Assembly (NCBI GenBank): GCA_050018295.1
Contig: JBEKAJ010000001.1
Span: 1-41,891 of the forward strand
Origin: Terracidiphilus sp.
Lineage (GTDB): Bacteria; Acidobacteriota; Terriglobia; Terriglobales; Acidobacteriaceae
Direction of reading: 5' to 3'
Length of the DNA stretch: 41,891 bases
In this document: piece by piece, positions 27,573-36,677 of the stretch
Layout: every line of letters begins with the position of its first letter
How positions within the stretch are numbered: position 1 is the first letter of the stretch
Made by a program: the position numbers and the translations under genes
The notes under the pieces: model-generated
What the model was told of the DNA's origin: nothing
The model's input: only the letters and a program-made list of their open reading frames with translations
Database searches by the model: none

Positions 27573-28547
27573 TCAGTCCGCCCCTTGACCCGTCAGTTGG
27601 GTGTAAGTAAGGCGACGGCCTACGATCTGGCTCATGGCGAGAGTGAAGCGATCTTCGTCGGTGAGCGGGTTATCCTTCGTGGCCCGGTTATTGAACCGAA
27701 ACACTTGCTCCGAAACGTAGCGGTCAAGGTGAAACGGCTCAACCGCGACGTAGGTTCCTTTCAATCCCCTCTTCAACAGGGACCAAAAATTCTCGATTCC
27801 CTGTGTGTGGACTTGGCCGCGTACATACTCTTGCATGTGATTAACAGTCTCGTGAACGAAGTCCCGCGCTGCAAGGTTCTCATAGCCGCGCCACTGGTCC
27901 GTGTAGACTGTGGATTTTTTCTCTACATTCTCAAGAATCATGTTCTGCAAAGTCTCGCGGTTCGCTGTCGGAATCACCTTGGCACGAACCATGCGCGTTT
28001 CCCGATCCCGCAATCCCATCACCGCTGCTTTCGTGTGGGGAAAGTTTCCGGCGGTCGGCAATCCCATGAACTTCTCCCGAACACGCGAGCGGTGCATGTT
28101 CTTGATGCGTCCGCCGACATAGGTTTCATCGACCTCTACCGGGCCGCCCTCGGGACCGCCCATCTTCACAACCGATCCATCTTTCATCGCTTCACGGATG
28201 CGGTGAAGCATGAACCATGCCGACTTTTGAGTGATCCCCAAGGCCCGGTGAATCTCGTAGCTGCTGATTCCGTTCTTGCAGTTGCAGATCATCCAGACCG
28301 CCGTCATCCACTTATCAAGGCCCATCGGGGAATCCTCAAAAATGGTGCTGACCTTGACCGTGAATTGCTTTTTGCAGCCGTTGCAGAACCACAGTTTCCG
28401 AGTCTGCACAAAGGAGTTCGACTCAGAACCGCAGCGGGGACAGTTGACCTTGCCATCCGGCCAACGAAGAAACTTGGCATAATCAAAAGCGCGGTCTGTG
28501 TCTGCGAAGTAAGCTATTGCTTGGGAAAGAGTTACAGGCTTTTTCAT
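27573..28547 (-). CDS. IS1595-family DDE transposase
   Basis: RWPDG..CPRCG...WFCNGC zinc ribbon; TIFEDS; HTH region QKSAWFMLHRIR; VEVDETY, YTD, HETVNH, HTQGIENFWSLLKR, YVSEQVFRFN. Confidence 0.95.
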   Translation of the reverse strand: MKKPVTLSQAIAYFADTDRAFDYAKFLRWPDGKVNCPRCGSESNSFVQTRKLWFCNGCKKQFTVKVSTIFEDSPMGLDKWMTAVWMICNCKNGISSYEIHRALGITQKSAWFMLHRIREAMKDGSVVKMGGPEGGPVEVDETYVGGRIKNMHRSRVREKFMGLPTAGNFPHTKAAVMGLRDRETRMVRAKVIPTANRETLQNMILENVEKKSTVYTDQWRGYENLAARDFVHETVNHMQEYVRGQVHTQGIENFWSLLKRGLKGTYVAVEPFHLDRYVSEQVFRFNNRATKDNPLTDEDRFTLAMSQIVGRRLTYTQLTGQGAD

Positions 28548-28571
28548 TTCTCTGACCTCTCAGCTAACAAC

Positions 28572-28600
28572 AGCATAGCGCAATTTGTCTTGTGTGTCAA
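28572..28600 (-). promoter_or_regulatory. Transposase promoter embedded in the right TIR
   Basis: Minus strand TTGACA-N17-TATGCT, then GAGG RBS before ATG 28547. Confidence 0.65.
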
Positions 28601-28787
28601 GTATGTTATTGCCAAAAAATCCTTCACGAACTTTGCCGATCATTTCGCCCTCTTCCCGCATAATCGCTCCATGAATCCAGATCCAGGCATTCTTTGCGGC
28701 GGATACTCTTTGCCGCCACCGCGTCTCTTCGCCGGTTTTCATCGGAGAAATCGCCGAAACGGCCGGGCGGCCGGTAAAAAGCACTCG

Positions 28788-28886
28788 TAACTCCTTTAGA
28801 TGGACGACTTTAAGGGATAAACCATTTGGAATCAATGGTTTACGGCAGGGCCTCGAAGGTACAAGTAACTGAAAACAAACCTCTTA
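28788..28886. repeat. Cluster of three related 25-bp imperfect dyad sites
   Basis: TAACTCCTT-TAGATGG-ACGACTTTA (28788-28812), TAAACCATT-TGGAATC-AATGGTTTA (28818-28842, perfect 9-7-9 dyad), inverted CAAGTAACT-GAAAACA-AACCTCTTA (28862-28886). Confidence 0.5.
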
Positions 28887-28976
28887 ACCCCCCAAAGGGG
28901 TGAGGGGGTAGGGGGAGGTACTAAACGGTAAACAGCCGAGCAAACCAACCAGCAATTTGAGAGCTGGCTCCGTTCG

Positions 28977-29016
28977 GCTGACTTGCTGACTCGCTGACCT
29001 GCTGACTTGCTTACTC
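28977..29016. repeat. 8-bp tandem repeat (GCTGACyy)
   Basis: gctgactt gctgactc gctgacct gctgactt gcttactc; same family as 18202-18235. Confidence 0.65.
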
Positions 29017-29045
29017 TGGTTCCTGTCCTGATCGCAGCCGCAGGA

Positions 29046-30272
29046 TCAATGCTGCTTGGTTCCCTTGGTCTTAGCGGCGGGCTTCTTCTCGCCGGGCTCG
29101 TGCATGATCGGAAGCGGCGCCATGTCCGGCCCCATGCGCTGGACCCGTGTGTCGATCATGTCGTAATTGATCGTGCGCGCGGTCACCGGCCGCGTGATGC
29201 CCGTCGCGGCATCGGTCCTTATGTCGCTGCTGCCCGCAATCTGAAAGCTGAACGCGGGAACGTTCCCCTTCGCCGTGTTCTGCATAAACACGCGCACCGG
29301 CAGGTAGCCCTGAATCGGATGCAGCCGGAAAGCCGTCTCGTAGCGGTGGTGTTTGATGCTCCAGGTGAACACGCGCACTTCATTAAAGTCGAATGGCAAC
29401 CCCGATTCGAGCGGGTCAAGCACGGTCAAATATTCCGGAACCTGGTGGTCGGCCGTGTCAGCCTCCGAGTCGGTGACCTTGGTTAGCACCCACGCGCCAA
29501 CGATGCGCTGTCCCTCGGCGTACTGCGCAACATCAAGGGGAACATCCACATCCAGCCGGCTCGCGAGCAGCCAGCCCACGCGGCCCTCGGCATCGCGCGC
29601 CAGCCACCAGTCTTCCATCAGGGGGGGCATCACGGGCGGCACCGCTGGTTCCGCGCCCGCGGCATTTGGCGGCGCTGCCGTTTTTGCATTCGCGGCCGGC
29701 GGCGCCTTGCCGGCTTCCCCGGGTTTTGCGGTTCTTGCTGGTGGAAGCACTACTGCCAGCGTCTCCGCTGGATTCTTGAGGGCCGACGCCCGAGCCAAAA
29801 GCTGCACCTTTGCGTTCGCGGCGAGCAGGTAGAAGCGCGGCGTCTCGCGGCCTGGAAGCAAGTGCATGGCGAGATCGTCGCGCAGCGTGGCCGTGGCTGC
29901 TGCCGGATCGTCCTTATGTTGCAGGCTGAGCTGCGCAAATCCGTCGAAAGTCTTCTCGTCAATCACAGCGCGCTCTTCAATCCAGCCGATCTCCTTCTTG
30001 TCGGTCCTAACCTTCAGAAAGCGCTTGCCATGTTCCAGCACTTCCAGCGGCTGCCCGTTCACCACCTCGCACACTCGGTTTGAAACCGGAGCCACACGGT
30101 CGTGCAGATAGGTTGTACGGATCGAAACGTAGACCATTTCATGATGCTCGTGCCGGAATCGCGCGCAACCTGCGGCGAATAGGCCACAGCACAGCGCCGC
30201 CAGAGGCAGCGCAAGATCAACTGATATGCGCCGAAGAGAGCGAACAGGGAGGATTGGCAAACGAGTGAGCAC
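29046..30272 (-). CDS. SH3-domain-containing putative lipoprotein
   Basis: Lipobox-like FAAGC; SH3_3-like LEVLE....KVRT....GWI and a second WWLARD..GRVGWL. Confidence 0.75.
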   Translation of the reverse strand: MLTRLPILPVRSLRRISVDLALPLAALCCGLFAAGCARFRHEHHEMVYVSIRTTYLHDRVAPVSNRVCEVVNGQPLEVLEHGKRFLKVRTDKKEIGWIEERAVIDEKTFDGFAQLSLQHKDDPAAATATLRDDLAMHLLPGRETPRFYLLAANAKVQLLARASALKNPAETLAVVLPPARTAKPGEAGKAPPAANAKTAAPPNAAGAEPAVPPVMPPLMEDWWLARDAEGRVGWLLASRLDVDVPLDVAQYAEGQRIVGAWVLTKVTDSEADTADHQVPEYLTVLDPLESGLPFDFNEVRVFTWSIKHHRYETAFRLHPIQGYLPVRVFMQNTAKGNVPAFSFQIAGSSDIRTDAATGITRPVTARTINYDMIDTRVQRMGPDMAPLPIMHEPGEKKPAAKTKGTKQH

Positions 30273-30340
30273 AGCTCGTGGCGTTCAAGTTGAGGATAGC
30301 ACTTCTGCAGGGTTTACCTGGCCGCCGAGAAGGGAGAACC

Positions 30341-30366
30341 GACAACTGACAACTGACAACGAACTG
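30341..30366. repeat. 7-bp tandem repeat (GACAACT)
   Basis: gacaact gacaact gacaac gaactg just past the stop of the minus-strand gene. Confidence 0.6.
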
Positions 30367-30369
30367 TCT

Positions 30370-31569
30370 TCACGGCAGCGCCGCGATGGCAAGCGCTCCA
30401 ACGGGATCGGTCCCGGTCTCAGACTGGATCGCCGAGGTCAGTGCGCCGGAGCTCATCGTGTAGGCGTCAAGATCGGGGTCGCCGCTTGACGTCGACCCGC
30501 CCGTTGCCACCGCGAGCACGAAGTGATCGTCGCTGTCCTCCGCCAGCCCGATCGGCTGAATTCCGGACGCGATCGTGCTTCCCGCCGCCACTGTGTACGT
30601 GGTTCCCGAAGCCGTAATAGGAAACCACGCGACATTGCCCGCCGATGTCGTGCCGGTTCCGTTGGCCACATAGACATACTGGCCGCCGGCAATGGGCAGA
30701 ATGGCGTTGGGAGCTAGCCCGCCGCTGGCGATGGGAGAGCCTGTGGCCTGGGTCAGCGTACCGCTCCCGAGCGAGCTGTAATTGAAGACGCGGAGTCCGC
30801 CGGAGTTCCCTGTGGCGTTTGCCAGCGTCTCGCCGATATAGAACAGCCGAGGCGTGGCGCTTGGATCGACGGCCACGGACAAGGCGTGGCCTCCGGAATT
30901 CGCTACTGGAATCGTCGTCGCCGTCGCCCCGAGTGGATTGGAGTTGCCGGAGGAGAACGGAACGACGATCGTTCCACCGGCGTCAAGCGCGACAAAGAGA
31001 TTGGCGCTATCCGGTGAGAGAACCATCTGCAGAACAGAAGGGCTGGTGATGTTGAAGGTTTGGAACGGCGGCGCGCCGCCAGGACCGGCATACGCTCCCG
31101 TCGACGAGTTGATTTGAATAGCGTCCAACTGCACGCTGCCGTTTCCATTGGTGAATGCATCCGCCAGCCACGACCCGCTCACTACCATGGCATTGGGAAT
31201 ATCGCCGGAGATCGTGGCTCCGCTGTTGCCCACGGTCAAAGCACCGCCCGAGCCAATGGTGTACAGGTAAATTCCGTTGACGGTGCCAACATAGAGGAAT
31301 TCGCCATTGGGGGCGACAGCGATGGAGGTCGGCGCGGCCGGCAGCGTGTAAGGACTGCCTGTGACTTTGTCGAGCGTGCCCGAGGAGATGACGTAAGCCG
31401 CGATCTGCTTGGCGGTCTGGTTCAGCACATAAAACACGCCGCTGGAAAGCGTAGTCGGCGTGGTTCCGGTCCCGGTGCCAGTCGATGTTGGGAGGTCCCA
31501 AAAGCCCTTGCATCCGGCAATGAGCGCGGCGAGAGCCAGTCCAAGTGCTGCCCAATTCCTGCTTCTCAT
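30370..31569 (-). CDS. Beta-propeller (lactonase-like) lipoprotein
   Basis: Start MRSRNWAALGLALAALIAG-C lipobox after GGAG; repeated blades (P.SIAVAPNG.FLYV, LSPDSANLFV, GQYVYVAN). Confidence 0.8.
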   Translation of the reverse strand: MRSRNWAALGLALAALIAGCKGFWDLPTSTGTGTGTTPTTLSSGVFYVLNQTAKQIAAYVISSGTLDKVTGSPYTLPAAPTSIAVAPNGEFLYVGTVNGIYLYTIGSGGALTVGNSGATISGDIPNAMVVSGSWLADAFTNGNGSVQLDAIQINSSTGAYAGPGGAPPFQTFNITSPSVLQMVLSPDSANLFVALDAGGTIVVPFSSGNSNPLGATATTIPVANSGGHALSVAVDPSATPRLFYIGETLANATGNSGGLRVFNYSSLGSGTLTQATGSPIASGGLAPNAILPIAGGQYVYVANGTGTTSAGNVAWFPITASGTTYTVAAGSTIASGIQPIGLAEDSDDHFVLAVATGGSTSSGDPDLDAYTMSSGALTSAIQSETGTDPVGALAIAALP

Positions 31570-31774
31570 CTTCGCTCCTCGTGGGTTGCCGTTCGAAAGC
31601 CGGTTCGTGCAGACGGAATTCCGGATAGGATTCTGCTCAAAGGGTACTGCTTGATTGCGCGGTTTGTCTTGTCGCCCGACTAAACACGCGCGAACGGCGC
31701 GGTGCCGTCTGCAACGATCAGTGAATAGACGCGATTTGGAGGGATTCCGCTCTTGGCCCATGCTGCTGCCCTGA

Positions 31775-32452
31775 TTACGCGCGTGGAGCAAGAAGCTCCG
31801 AGTCGTTGTTGCGCACATTTCCCACACGTTCGCTCACGGGCCAGGCGGTCATTCGCTCCCCTGGGAAAGGCCGCAGCAGGTCCACCGGGAGCCGCTCCAC
31901 GGCGGCAGGCTCCAGCCAGCGGCTGTAATCCTTCGGTTCCAGAATCACAGGCATGCGATTATGGATGGGCTCGAGGACCTCGTTGGCATCGGTGGTCAGA
32001 ATGGTGAAAGTTTCCAGCGCTTCGCTATCTTTGGGGCGCCATCGCTCCCAGAGCCCCGCGAAAGCGTAGGGTTCGCCGCTCTTCAACGCGATGGCGAACG
32101 GCTGTTTGTTCTTAGCGTCGATGCGCGCCCATTCGTAAAAGGCATCTGCGGGAACCAGGCAGCGCCGCTTGCGCAGTGCCTCGCGAAACGCGGGCTTGTT
32201 AGCCACCTCCTCCGCCCGCGCATTGATCGTCGAATAACCGATCTTTGCGTCCTTGGCCCAGAAGGGGACCAAGCCCCAGTGCAGCAGAGCGAACTCCCTA
32301 GCTCCGCTATCCTGGCCCTGTCGCACCACCGGCTGCACACTTTGCGGTGCAATGTTGTAACTGGCAGAGAAGGCGGGCAAGTCTTCCAGATCCACGCCGA
32401 ACCAATCGGCAAGAACTTCTCGCGTTGACCTCCGCGCGAATCGTCCGCACAT
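31775..32452 (-). CDS. SOS response-associated peptidase (SRAP/YedK/HMCES family)
   Basis: N-terminal MCGRF, YNIAP, WGLVPFW, INARAE, RCLVPADAFYEW, HNRMPVIL. Confidence 0.93.
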   Translation of the reverse strand: MCGRFARRSTREVLADWFGVDLEDLPAFSASYNIAPQSVQPVVRQGQDSGAREFALLHWGLVPFWAKDAKIGYSTINARAEEVANKPAFREALRKRRCLVPADAFYEWARIDAKNKQPFAIALKSGEPYAFAGLWERWRPKDSEALETFTILTTDANEVLEPIHNRMPVILEPKDYSRWLEPAAVERLPVDLLRPFPGERMTAWPVSERVGNVRNNDSELLAPRA

Positions 32453-32488
32453 ATTGGAAATAATACTGCTGGATCTGCAACTCGGGCC

Positions 32489-32929
32489 TTAGTTGGGGCT
32501 GCCTCCGGATGACGCGCGGCGGCGGAAGCGCTCATCGACCGGCTGGCGGCCTTGAAATCCGGATTCAACAGTGTGCCAGTGTTCGATCGCTGGCTCGCCC
32601 ATGCGCCAGCAAAGCAGAACCACCTCGTCATCGACGCGGCACGGAAAGTCGAGCAGGCCGGAATCGAGATCCTTCACCTGGACGCCGATCGCGTCAATTT
32701 CAGCAATGTTCTCGCGAACCTGCTTCAGATGCTCTTCCACCTCGGCGCGCTGCCTGGCAACGCTGGCGCAATTCACCCGCATTCCTCCCGATAGATAGAT
32801 CTGCTGCGCCAGACCATTGAGACTCGACTCGACGGTCTCGGCGGATCGCCTGCCTTCCATCGCCCGCTTGAGCAGCGACTCAAGCACCGGGAGCAGCGAT
32901 TGCGCTTCGTCGAGAGTGAAAGTCTTCAT
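32489..32929 (-). CDS. DUF2203-like protein
   Basis: FTLDEA..LLP...GVQVKDLD.GLLDFP......LCWRMGE..I.HWH....GF.GRQP. Confidence 0.8.
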   Translation of the reverse strand: MKTFTLDEAQSLLPVLESLLKRAMEGRRSAETVESSLNGLAQQIYLSGGMRVNCASVARQRAEVEEHLKQVRENIAEIDAIGVQVKDLDSGLLDFPCRVDDEVVLLCWRMGEPAIEHWHTVESGFQGRQPVDERFRRRASSGGSPN

Positions 32930-33136
32930 TGGCCCAATCCTTTTTGTTACAGCATACGACGATTTGCGTAAAAACAGTGTGCCGGCGGCAGTACCGAAGG
33001 CTTCAGTCCGACCGCCGGACTTCTGTCTTCCAGGGCAGTCGCAGAATCTGTTGTAGTGCGGCGGGCGGTTCGGCGGAACTCAGTGGGTCTGCGTGCCCGA
33101 TCGGACAGGTCGCGAAGAGGGTACCAGCGCCTCACC

Positions 33137-33165
33137 TGTGGATAACGGATCGTCCCTGTGGATAA
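33137..33165 (-). promoter_or_regulatory. Two perfect DnaA boxes in direct orientation
   Basis: TGTGGATAA (= TTATCCACA) at 33137-33145 and 33157-33165. Confidence 0.6.
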
Positions 33166-33809
33166 GTGCGTCGATTCACAATCGCCGAATCGATTCAAAG
33201 CCAGTGCGGTACACTTCATTCTGACGAGGTCGTCGCCGAGAACCCCCAACGATCGAACGAAATAGTCAATCAACAGAAACCGCGATATCTGCCGAATACC
33301 GATGTTGTGAGGATGATTAATTCCCCAGGTTACGTTCGCGCATTACCGAGGCGCACTGGTCATGACTATTGTGCAGTTGACACTCCACTGCTTCTCTCCT
33401 AAGGTCGAAGCACGAAGGTAAATTCCGAAATCGTGAGCGTCGGTTGTTCGCAGGGCTTTTTCGGGGCCTTGGTCAATGCTTCTGGGATTGTTCGATAGGT
33501 TCTCTGCTTCCCGTGGGTCTTACCAATTGGCACCGGACGAACGTGCTGTAATGGATTCTTGGACGCTACGATAAACAAAGATTCCTCAAACGGTTAGTAG
33601 AATAAAAGCCGCATAAGAGGCTTCATTCCGCTCTCACCGGCTGACTGTTTCTCGGGAAACCGTCCAGCTGCCGGGTATTTTTGTTCTTTAGCTTAAGCGG
33701 CCATGCACCCGTCGCATCCTGTGGATGCCGAAGACCTCATGTTTTTGTCGCCGGGTGTTGGCGCGCAACGGTTCAGGCTCGTAAGAATTCTCTTGTAACA
33801 CTGGACTCG

Positions 33810-35363
33810 ATGAAAGAGGTCTTGGTGAAACCACTCCTCCTGGTTTTGACGGACATTCAAAACGCCAAAGCGCGCGCCACTATCAAGATGGTTCTTGAAG
33901 GTGCAGGTCACAGAGTGATCGAGGCAGGCGGAAGTGCACAAGTCAACGCCCTTCTTAGCAATGGCCTTGATCCCGACCTGCTGGTGTGTGAGGCATCGCC
34001 GGTCAAATCATCGAAGCCCCCTGAGTTCCGTCAGTTATTGAAGTTTGCGCCCGTCGACAGGATTTGCCTGATTACGAGATTGAGCGAACAGGGGCTGCGC
34101 AGAGAAGCCGCTGAGCTCGGCATAAAGTCCACCCTGACCATGCCCGTGACACGCGAAGATGTCGAGTCAGTCATCGAATCGTTGACTCCCGCCAAGGTAC
34201 AGATCTGCGTGGCTCGCGACCTGCCTTCCGATTGCGAAGATCTTGGAGTCGCGACGCACGGTCCTGCAAATTCAGCGCATAATCCCGAGGACATGCCTGC
34301 CGTTCCCTATGTTGAAGAGCTTGGCAGCAGCAATTTCTTTCTGGCTGCGTCGCCGCAAATGCTCGAAATCCGTCGTCAGGTCAAATTGCTCGCCGATATT
34401 GATGTCAACGTATTGATCCTGGGTGAAAGCGGCACCGGCAAGGAAGTCATCGCACAGCTGATTCATAAGAATTCGCGGCGATCCAGGGAGAGGTTTCTGA
34501 AAGTCAACTGCGCGGCCCTGCCGGCAGACCTACTTGAGAGTGAGCTCTTCGGTCATCGCCAAGGCGCCTTCACGGGCGCCATCAGCGACAGGGCGGGCAA
34601 GTTCGAACAGGCGAATCGCGGCACGCTGCTTCTTGACGAGATTGGTGAAATTGGGGTCCAGATGCAGGCCAAACTCCTCCATGTTCTTCAGGATGGGCAG
34701 TTTGCCCGACTCGGTGCTCAGGAAACCACCAAAGTCGATGTCAGAGTTCTTGCGGCCACGAATGTTTTGATGGAAAACGCGCTATTTACGAAAACATTCC
34801 GCGAGGATCTTTATTACCGCCTCAGCGTCTTCACGATCAAAGTTCCCCCGCTCCGCGAAAGGCGCGAGGAGATTCCCTATCTTATTGAGGAGTTTATTCG
34901 CCGCTCACCTGCGGAATTGACGAGCGGATTTGGAAGCAGCCTTCCCTCCCGGCTGATGGATGCGGCTCTCCTTTGCGATTGGAAGGGAAACCTGAGGGAG
35001 CTCCGGAATTTCGTTACACGCACCATCGTCATGCGCGACACAGACGCAGCTACGCGCGAACTGGAAGCTAAGGTGGCCGCATCAGCCACGCCAGACCCGC
35101 AGGATCAGGTGGCCGATCCACCGACACCATTCTTGGGAATACGATCGGTCGTTCGCGATGTAAAAGCACGCGCCGAGTCGAAAATGATCCAGAGTGCGCT
35201 GGAGACATTCGGCTGGAATCGCCGCCGCACCGCACAGTATCTCAACATGAGCTACCGCGCGTTGCTTTACAAGATTCAGCAGCATCACCTTCGGCCCTGG
35301 TCAACCGTGAATCCGAAACAGTCGGTCCCGAACAGCGGTTCCACGCGTCAGAATGCCATATAG
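33810..35363 (+). CDS. Sigma-54-dependent enhancer-binding protein (NtrC family) with atypical receiver domain
   Basis: GESGTGKE, ESELFGH..GAFTGA, LLLDEI, FREDLYYRL, WKGNLREL, C-terminal Fis-type HTH; receiver-like N-terminus (DLLVCE). Start 33810 or the GTG shortly after. Confidence 0.9.
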   Translation: MKEVLVKPLLLVLTDIQNAKARATIKMVLEGAGHRVIEAGGSAQVNALLSNGLDPDLLVCEASPVKSSKPPEFRQLLKFAPVDRICLITRLSEQGLRREAAELGIKSTLTMPVTREDVESVIESLTPAKVQICVARDLPSDCEDLGVATHGPANSAHNPEDMPAVPYVEELGSSNFFLAASPQMLEIRRQVKLLADIDVNVLILGESGTGKEVIAQLIHKNSRRSRERFLKVNCAALPADLLESELFGHRQGAFTGAISDRAGKFEQANRGTLLLDEIGEIGVQMQAKLLHVLQDGQFARLGAQETTKVDVRVLAATNVLMENALFTKTFREDLYYRLSVFTIKVPPLRERREEIPYLIEEFIRRSPAELTSGFGSSLPSRLMDAALLCDWKGNLRELRNFVTRTIVMRDTDAATRELEAKVAASATPDPQDQVADPPTPFLGIRSVVRDVKARAESKMIQSALETFGWNRRRTAQYLNMSYRALLYKIQQHHLRPWSTVNPKQSVPNSGSTRQNAI

Positions 35364-35450
35364 CGAGCCAGCTCGGTCGTTCAACAAAGTACTCCACCTT
35401 CACGTCCGCTTTATCGCCTCGCTCTAGCTAGGGACTGTGCTGCAAACAAA

Positions 35451-35476
35451 TGGTAATAAGTGTGCAATGTTTTGCA
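35451..35476 (+). promoter_or_regulatory. Possible sigma-54 -24/-12 element overlapping a TGCAA-N4-TTGCA dyad
   Basis: TGG-TAATAAGTGT-GCA has GG-N10-GC spacing; dyad at 35463-35476. Poor match to the CACG core. Confidence 0.3.
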
Positions 35477-35633
35477 TCAATCGGAAACGATATGGATGCC
35501 TCATTTCCCGCATTCGATCTGGACAGCCCATGGAATCAACCTCTAGGGCCGTCCCGGATCTCTAGCGTTTGGGCCGAATAGTGGCTACCCAAATGCAGAG
35601 TACTTCAGAAGAAGGTCCTTGGTCTTGTAAAGG

Positions 35634-36677
35634 ATGATGCCTGCAGATTTAGATCGGAGCTTTCGCATCGACCCTGCGGATCTGCCGGGTGAGGCGATCA
35701 TTTTTGGCTCTACTCCCGCTATGCGCGAGATTCGGAGCAAGATCGACTGCGTCCTTTCAAGCGATCTTCCTGTGTTGATTCAAGGAGAGAGTGGAACCGG
35801 CAAAGAGGTCATCGCAAGGTTTCTGCACACGCGCTCCGACCGCCACGATGCTCCGTTTGTCAAGCTGAACTGCGCTGCAATCCCGGCCAGCCTGCTCGAA
35901 AGCGAACTCTTCGGTTATGAAAGAGGCACCCGCGATGGAGCCGAAGAGGATCGGCTTGGATTGATTGAGATGGCGGACGGCGGCACCCTCTTCCTCGATG
36001 AAATCGCCGACATGAATTGGGAGATGCAGGGAAAGCTGCTCCGATTCCTGCAGGATGGCTCTTTCAGGCGCTTTGGCGGGAGCGAAGAGCGGCGTGGACA
36101 CATTCGAGTCGTCTGTGCGTCAAATACTGACCTCCAGGAGGCGGTCAATTCGGGTGCCCTTCGCGAGGACCTCTTCTATCGTATTGAAGTCGTCACCCTG
36201 CATCTGTCGGCTCTCCGCGACCGCAAGAGCGATATTCCGCAGCTCTGTGAGTACCTACTTCGGAAATTGTCCCGTCAATTCCGGCGGCGCATACCTCAGC
36301 TCAGTCCAGTGACGCTGCACCTGCTCAAGCAGTGGGACTGGCCAGGCAATCTCCGCGAATTGGAAAACTGGGTTGCGCGAGCCGTCATTCTGGGTGATGA
36401 CGAAGTTCTGAGCGCGGAGCTGAAGCGGCAAGTGGAGTCGGTTGGCAAGAATGACATCAGGCAGGCGGATTGCGACCGATCAAAGGACATCTCATCTCAA
36501 GCAGCCTCAACTACGGCGGCGACCGCGATCCTGCAGGTTTTGCAGGCTAACAACTGGGATAAGCGCAAGACTGCCAAAGACTTGAAGGTGAGCTATCGAG
36601 CGTTGTTGGGTGAATTGCGTGACCTTGGAGGGGCTAGGCGGCGCAAGGGAAATCGGGGTTTTCCGTACTTGCAATGA
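35634..36677 (+). CDS. Sigma-54 interaction (AAA+) domain protein lacking a sensor domain and with a degenerate GAFTGA loop
   Basis: GESGTGKE, LFLDEI, REDLFYRI, WPGNLREL and HTH are present, but the loop reads GYERGTRDGA. Confidence 0.85.
   Translation: MMPADLDRSFRIDPADLPGEAIIFGSTPAMREIRSKIDCVLSSDLPVLIQGESGTGKEVIARFLHTRSDRHDAPFVKLNCAAIPASLLESELFGYERGTRDGAEEDRLGLIEMADGGTLFLDEIADMNWEMQGKLLRFLQDGSFRRFGGSEERRGHIRVVCASNTDLQEAVNSGALREDLFYRIEVVTLHLSALRDRKSDIPQLCEYLLRKLSRQFRRRIPQLSPVTLHLLKQWDWPGNLRELENWVARAVILGDDEVLSAELKRQVESVGKNDIRQADCDRSKDISSQAASTTAATAILQVLQANNWDKRKTAKDLKVSYRALLGELRDLGGARRRKGNRGFPYLQ

Larger units (their letters stand above)
26468..28613. mobile_element. Complete IS1595-family element with passenger genes (about 2.15 kb)
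   Basis: TIRs GGTAATAATATATTTGACGCACAAGA (26468-26493) and reverse complement GGCAATAACATACTTGACACACAAGA (28588-28613), 22/26 identical; perfect 8-bp flanking direct repeat AAAAAATC (26460-26467, 28614-28621); IS1595 transposase inside. Confidence 0.93.

Noticed and set aside
14421-30366. Short tandem repeats and REP copies as a CRISPR array
   Set aside because: No constant 23-47-bp repeats with unique, regularly sized spacers, and no cas genes
31570-31827. N-terminal extension of the beta-propeller ORF in the ORF track
   Set aside because: It overlaps the SRAP gene end, and the lipoprotein signal and RBS point to ATG 31569
33239-33260. GAAC-N7-GATC as a LexA box for the SRAP gene
   Set aside because: Mismatch to GTTC-N7-GTTC/GAAC-N7-GAAC and far from the SRAP start; too weak
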